Shown piece after piece: positions 59,131 to 64,000 of a stretch of 64,000 nt of DNA. Position numbers and translations under genes: made by a program. The notes under the pieces are model-generated. The model was not told the origin of the DNA, did not search any database, and was given only the letters and a program-made list of their open reading frames with translations. The first letter of the stretch is position 1; every line of letters begins with the position of its first letter. Origin of the DNA: Nannocystis bainbridge (GTDB lineage Bacteria; Myxococcota_A; Polyangia; Nannocystales; Nannocystaceae); NCBI RefSeq assembly GCF_028368995.1, contig NZ_JAQNDL010000003.1, positions 864,001 to 928,000 of the forward strand, in the 5' to 3' direction.

Positions 59131-59937
59131 ATGACCGATCGCGGCTCGAGACCTCGGCGTCGGCTCGTCGCCGGGCGCGTCCTGCGATTCGTCGTGTTCG
59201 CCCTCGTCGGCGCGGGCGCCCGGTCGGCCGCCGCTTCCGATGGGTTCTGTGACGCCTGGCTCGCGCACGTGAGCGACCACGCCGCCGCGCGCGGCTACCT
59301 GCTCACCCCCACCGAGGGCGGCCTCACCGGCCTCGACGGCCAGCAGAACGCGCTCCAGGCCGGTTGTGCGGCCGAGCGTGCGGTCATGACATTCACCGGG
59401 CCCGACGCCACGGTCGACGTCACGTGGACCGCCACCGGCCTCGTCGTGCGCGGCGAATTCCTCGGCCTCGGTCGCGTCGAGCAGCGCTGGAGCGGCGTCG
59501 AGTCCGAGCAGCGCCTGCGTCACACCGCCGAGCACGACGCTGCCGCTGCCTGCGTCGAGTTCGATCCGTCCACCGGCGGCTGGAGCGTCGAAGGCGACCC
59601 CGACCTCCTCAACGCCGACTTCGCGCCGGTCCTGGCGGGCTCGGCTCCGTGGCGCGACGCCTACTTCGTGATCCACGCCGTCACTGGCGTGTGGGACAGC
59701 GGCCTGCAGCGCGACGAGGAGGCTCTGGAGGTCGCGTCGAGCCTGGCCCTGCCGCCGAACGTCTGCCACGACGTCGACAAGGGCGGCGTGAAGAAGGACT
59801 GCGGCGCGACTCTCGGCATCTGCGCGGTCGCCTATTTCTGGAAACCGCTCACCGGCGCCTGCGTCGCCGCCGGGGCCAAGTGCCTGGCGGCCTTCAAGTG
59901 CTGGAAGAGCGACTGCTCGGGAGACGGGAAGTCATGA
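59131..59937 (+). CDS. Secreted protein with Cys-rich C-terminal peptide (bacteriocin-like candidate)
   Basis: N-terminal signal; tail CHDVDKGGVKKDCGATLGICAVAYFWKPLTGACVAAGAKCLAAFKCWKSDC. Confidence 0.7.
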   Translation: MTDRGSRPRRRLVAGRVLRFVVFALVGAGARSAAASDGFCDAWLAHVSDHAAARGYLLTPTEGGLTGLDGQQNALQAGCAAERAVMTFTGPDATVDVTWTATGLVVRGEFLGLGRVEQRWSGVESEQRLRHTAEHDAAAACVEFDPSTGGWSVEGDPDLLNADFAPVLAGSAPWRDAYFVIHAVTGVWDSGLQRDEEALEVASSLALPPNVCHDVDKGGVKKDCGATLGICAVAYFWKPLTGACVAAGAKCLAAFKCWKSDCSGDGKS

Positions 59938-60512
59938 CCGACCTGCCTGCTCCGCGATCCTTGCTCGACCGCCCGCAGCGGCTCGGCGTCGTGCCCACCT
60001 GGTGGTTCTGGAACGACGCCGGCCGGCAATGGCTGCTGCTCCCGCTCGTGCTCACCACGGCCGTGCCGCTGGCGCTCACCGTGCAACTGGTGGGACTGCG
60101 GCACCCGGCGCTGGCGTGGCCGCTGCTGCTGCTGGTCGCGCTCTATCCGCTGCTGTTGATGGGCCTCGTCGAGCGCCACGTCCGCCGGCGAATGCTCGCA
60201 CCCGGGCCCTCGCCCGCGGTGACCCGGGCCCCACCGCCGGCGCTGGCGCGCACCGTCCCGCTGGGGGTCGCTGCGCTGTGCGCCCTGCTGCTCGCGCTGG
60301 CCAGCTCGGAGAGCCACACCGCGCTGCTGGTCGCCGCCGTGGTCGCCGGCTCGCTCGCGGTCGCCCTGGTCCCGCACACCTGGCGGGCGCTCGCCAGCAC
60401 CGGCCACGGACGCCCGTCGCTGCCGGCGAATCGCCAGCCCTGTTCGCCGACGATCGCAGCGCATCAATGCCGCGATCCGCTCGCAAGCAAACCATCACGA
60501 CCTCACGCATGA
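59934..60512 (+). CDS. Small membrane protein with about 4 TM segments
   Basis: ATGA overlap with the upstream gene; four hydrophobic segments. Confidence 0.7.
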   Translation: MTDLPAPRSLLDRPQRLGVVPTWWFWNDAGRQWLLLPLVLTTAVPLALTVQLVGLRHPALAWPLLLLVALYPLLLMGLVERHVRRRMLAPGPSPAVTRAPPPALARTVPLGVAALCALLLALASSESHTALLVAAVVAGSLAVALVPHTWRALASTGHGRPSLPANRQPCSPTIAAHQCRDPLASKPSRPHA

Positions 60513-60567
60513 CGCCACGAACGAACACGAGCCCACGGACTCACCCACCGGCGCGTGAATCATCGCC

Positions 60568-61932
60568 TCAATGGGCGTGATCGGTGCTCGAGTAGCGCGG
60601 ATTGATCGCCAGCATCAATTCCGTCTGCTGCTCGGCCGCCGCGGCCTGGCCGAGCGCGGTGTGGGCCTTCGCCGCGACGTCGTGCAGCCGCGCCGTGCGG
60701 TACGGCGATCCGAGGGCCTGCTCGACGAGCGCCAGCGCCTCCGCGGCCTGCCCCGCGCCCAGATAGGCCTGTGCCAGCGCCACCTTCGCGTCGCCGCCCG
60801 GGCGGACCGCGTGGTTGGCGATGGCCAGCTCCAGCGCCCGCTCCTGCGGCCCGAACTGTTGATAGTGCTGCAGCGCGTGGCCCATCGCCGCCTCGGGGAA
60901 GCGCGCCAGCTGCTGCTCCCATCGCGCGGCCGAGCGCGCGATCCACTCGTCGGCCCGCTCGGCCGCGCCCGTGTGCCGGTAGAGGCCCGCGAGCGCGTCC
61001 ATGTGTTGCGGCAGATCGGCCGTGCGGACCAGGTCCTCGAAGATCGCGATCGCCTCGGCGTGCTGATCGCGGCGGTGGTGGATCTCCGCGATGTGTTCGC
61101 GCACCAGCCACCAGCCCGCGAGCTCCGCGTCGGCCGCGTGCAGGTGCTTCAGCGCCGACTGCAGCTCGCCGCGCTCCATCGCCACGATCCCGTGCTGCAG
61201 CTCGATCCACGCCCGCCGCCGCGCGTCTTTGGGGCCGGTCGCCTGCAGCGCCTGCTCGAGCAAGATCTCCGCCTCGCCCGGCTTGCCCGTCTTCGCGTGC
61301 AGGAGCGCGAGCTCGGCGGTCGCGACCATCGGCTCGGCCGCGGCGATCGCCGTCAGCTCGGCCATCGCGGTCTCGTACTGACCGCGCTGCGCGGCGATCT
61401 CCGCCCGCAACACGCGCGCGAGCGTCTGATCGTCGCGGCGCGGCACGGCGCGGCGATCGACGATGTCGAGGTACTTCTCGGCCTCGCCCAGGCGGTGGAT
61501 CGCAAAGTTGAAGCGGGCTGCCACCAGGACTGGGCCGCTGCCTGGCGGCGCGATCGCAAACGCCTCGTCGAGCACCGCCTGCACGCGCGCGAAGTCGTCG
61601 AGCTGATTCGTCAGACCCGCGCGCTCGAGCAGCGCCGAGCCGAGGTGCATGCGCGTCAGCCAGTCGCCCGGGCGCTTGTCGGCGCGCGCACGCAGCCCCT
61701 GGATGGTCTGGTCGAGCTCGGCGAGCAGCGACGCATAGTCGGCGCCTGCTGCCGCCGGCGCGACCGGTTTTGCCGCGACGACCGGAGGCGGCGTCGGCTG
61801 GCCGCGGAACACGACCTGCGAGACGAACGCCGACAGGCCGAACGCGACGACGGCCGCGACGAGAGTGGTCTTTCGGTCCATGACGGTCGGCGCGAGGGCC
61901 TTGAAAAGATACAGCTCCCCGGAGCTCGTCAC
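60568..61932 (-). CDS. TPR-repeat protein of the DUF4331 cluster
   Basis: N-terminal TM/signal and many TPRs; start may be MDRKTT at about 61881. Confidence 0.85.
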   Translation of the reverse strand: MTSSGELYLFKALAPTVMDRKTTLVAAVVAFGLSAFVSQVVFRGQPTPPPVVAAKPVAPAAAGADYASLLAELDQTIQGLRARADKRPGDWLTRMHLGSALLERAGLTNQLDDFARVQAVLDEAFAIAPPGSGPVLVAARFNFAIHRLGEAEKYLDIVDRRAVPRRDDQTLARVLRAEIAAQRGQYETAMAELTAIAAAEPMVATAELALLHAKTGKPGEAEILLEQALQATGPKDARRRAWIELQHGIVAMERGELQSALKHLHAADAELAGWWLVREHIAEIHHRRDQHAEAIAIFEDLVRTADLPQHMDALAGLYRHTGAAERADEWIARSAARWEQQLARFPEAAMGHALQHYQQFGPQERALELAIANHAVRPGGDAKVALAQAYLGAGQAAEALALVEQALGSPYRTARLHDVAAKAHTALGQAAAAEQQTELMLAINPRYSSTDHAH

Positions 61933-61960
61933 TCCGGGGAGCTGCGCGCGAATTCGTCGA

Positions 61961-62767
61961 TCAGGGCGCGTGCGGCGGCGCCAGGAACGGGAACTCGGTC
62001 AGGAACGGCACGTCGTTCGCGGGCGGGTTCAGCGGAAGGTCCGCGAAGAACGTCAGCGGCTGACCCGGGCCGAGCTTGAGCAGCACGGCGGCGAGGGTGA
62101 TGTCGACCACCGGGTCGGTCAGCTTGCGGCCGTTCGGGTACGAGGTCGGCATGCTCGGATCGTACTTGATCGTGTCGGGCACGATGACGGGCCCGGCCTG
62201 ATCCACGGTCTCGTCGAGGGTCGCGGGGACGAGCCCCAGGCCGATGATGTCGTCGTCGAACGCGTCGTGGAAGAACGTGATGCTCTCGACGATCTCCGGC
62301 AGCCACATGCCCGCGGCGTCGTCGGCCGGGTTGCTGGCGTTGTAGTCGTCGCGGATCGAGATGTCCGAGCCCATGTTGAAGCCCAGGCCCTGCGCCGCGG
62401 CGATGCCCGCCGTCCCGGCCTCGACTGCGCCGTGGCGATCGATCTGCACGTACGCGTCGAACGGGTCGGTCGGGAACACGAAGCCGTCGTCACCGCCGGT
62501 GTCGGTGGTGCTGCTGGTCGTGGGCGTGACCGTCGTCGCGTCCGTCGTGGTCGGCGTGACCGTCGTCGCCGTCGTCCCGTCGGTCGTCGTCGTCCCGTCG
62601 GTCGTCGCCGTCCCGTCGGTCGTCGCCGTCCCGTCGGTCGTCCCGGGCTCCGTGGTCGCCGCGGTCGAGTCCGTGTCGGTGGTGCGGCCGCCGTTGTCGC
62701 CGCACGCGACGAACGAGGCGAGCAGCGCCGCGCCGAGGATGCTGTGAATGGATGCGTACTTCGTCAT
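61961..62767 (-). CDS. DUF4331-family lipoprotein (C-terminal-type half)
   Basis: FVAC lipobox; YVQIDRHG, YPNGRKLTDPVVD, NDVPFLTEFPFLAPPH. Confidence 0.85.
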   Translation of the reverse strand: MTKYASIHSILGAALLASFVACGDNGGRTTDTDSTAATTEPGTTDGTATTDGTATTDGTTTTDGTTATTVTPTTTDATTVTPTTSSTTDTGGDDGFVFPTDPFDAYVQIDRHGAVEAGTAGIAAAQGLGFNMGSDISIRDDYNASNPADDAAGMWLPEIVESITFFHDAFDDDIIGLGLVPATLDETVDQAGPVIVPDTIKYDPSMPTSYPNGRKLTDPVVDITLAAVLLKLGPGQPLTFFADLPLNPPANDVPFLTEFPFLAPPHAP

Positions 62768-62776
62768 GGCGACCTC

Positions 62777-63421
62777 CTACCCCTTCCTCGCGGAGGTGGC
62801 CCACACCTGGATGGGGTTGCCGCCGGTCAGCACGTCCGTGTCGATCTCGATCGCCGCGGCGGTGACGTTGAGGCCGGCCAGGAAATCGCGGTTGCTCATG
62901 AACGACACCGTCTGGGTGTCGAGCCCTTCCAGGTAACCCTGGGCGTCGAAGAAGAACGGATCGTCGGCGTGGCCCGCCCACACGCGGGCGAACGTGCCGG
63001 CGTCGAAGACCGTCTCCACCGGGCCCGCCACCGCCGGATCGGCGCCGGGGATGCCCGACCACTGGATGCCGATCTCGTCCTTGGCGTTGGTCCCGAAGCG
63101 CCAGTAGAGCTTCAGGTCGGACTCGTTGTCGCCATCGTTGTCGACGTGGATGGTGTAGAGGGCGTTGCCGTCATACACCCCCGACTTCGTCGGCTTGTCC
63201 AGGCTGTCGTTGAAGCCCGCCCAACAGACGATGATCGTGGTCTTGTTCGGTCCGCTCTCGAACACGTAGACATCGGTGATGTCCTGCGCGCCGTCGGCCT
63301 TGACGAGCGGTGCCTCGTCATGGTCCGACGCGCGGACGTCCGAGGTCCACCAGCTCCCCCCGCAGATCGCAGCCACGGCGACCACCGCCAACCCAGTTTT
63401 CGCTCTCAAGTTCTTGTACAT
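62777..63421 (-). CDS. DUF4331-family secreted protein (N-terminal-type half)
   Basis: ASDHDEAP, DITDVYVF, DDPFFFD, DFLAGLNVTA. Confidence 0.85.
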   Translation of the reverse strand: MYKNLRAKTGLAVVAVAAICGGSWWTSDVRASDHDEAPLVKADGAQDITDVYVFESGPNKTTIIVCWAGFNDSLDKPTKSGVYDGNALYTIHVDNDGDNESDLKLYWRFGTNAKDEIGIQWSGIPGADPAVAGPVETVFDAGTFARVWAGHADDPFFFDAQGYLEGLDTQTVSFMSNRDFLAGLNVTAAAIEIDTDVLTGGNPIQVWATSARKG

Positions 63422-63842
63422 CGCGCCTCCTCGTCCGGCCGGGCAACGAGCGCCGCGACCAGTCGTCGTGTCAATCCCATCCTACTCCACCGTGAGGCCG
63501 ATGGATCTACGGCCGAGCGAGCACAGGCGGAATTCTTGGGGCGGCGATGAAGTCGCGCCTATTGTCGCCAATCGTCCCCACAATCGTCTGCGTTCGCGTG
63601 CCCGCGACTTCCGCACGGCCGATAAGGGGCGATTGGTCGGTACGAACCAGGCGAGCCGACGGATCGGGCAGACGCAGCGATTTTTTCTCGCGCCGCGCAC
63701 CGGCCGAATACGAGCACTCACTCGCACACCTGTGAATCCTCGGTCGCGCCACCGCGCGGCCCGGCGGCCGGCGTGAAGCCTGTAACATCGGCCGCGCAGT
63801 TACGATATCCTCCCCGACCGAACCCTGCGAAGGATGCTTCTG

Positions 63843-64000
63843 ATGCGTAAAGCAGCTTGGATTTTCACCGCTCCGCTGTTGATTCTCGGCCTCGCCGCCT
63901 GCGGCGACAGCGGGAACTCGACCACCGAGTCGACCACCGACAACGCGACGCAAGCCACCACCACCGGCACCGACACCGACGAGACGACGACGACGGGCAC
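63843..64000 (+). CDS. Lipoprotein, 5' part; runs off the window
   Basis: Manual translation MRKAAWIFTAPLLILGLAACGDSGNSTTESTT...; LAAC lipobox and Thr-rich linker. Confidence 0.8.
   Translation, partial: MRKAAWIFTAPLLILGLAACGDSGNSTTESTTDNATQATTTGTDTDETTTTG

Noticed and set aside
1-64000. rRNA, tRNA, prophage or integrase genes
   Set aside because: None recognised

Overview
A very GC-rich bacterial chromosomal window. MYXO-CTERM, ADYC, DUF4215 and AgmX/PglI domains, many Thr/Gly-linker lipoproteins and kinase-TPR proteins point to a myxobacterium, probably Nannocystis-like (inference). It holds about 43 plausible CDS: ligA, sodC, two ECF sigma/anti-sigma modules, a hybrid histidine kinase, two Ser/Thr kinase-TPR proteins, a SIR2-like + nSTAND NTPase pair, a Tle1/DUF2235 effector with a small partner gene, BlaI/BlaR1(M56) with a clear operator, a DUF4331-TPR cluster and many secreted lipoproteins. 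I recognised no rRNA, tRNA, transposase or CRISPR-cas. The most striking signal is non-coding: a dispersed family of short arrays of a degenerate 10-bp palindrome (consensus about GGACATGTCC) with CATG cores spaced exactly 14 bp apart. It occurs at about 13 loci, mostly just 3' of stop codons, and a few copies lie inside coding sequence. Family assignments come from motif recognition by eye; no database searches were run.
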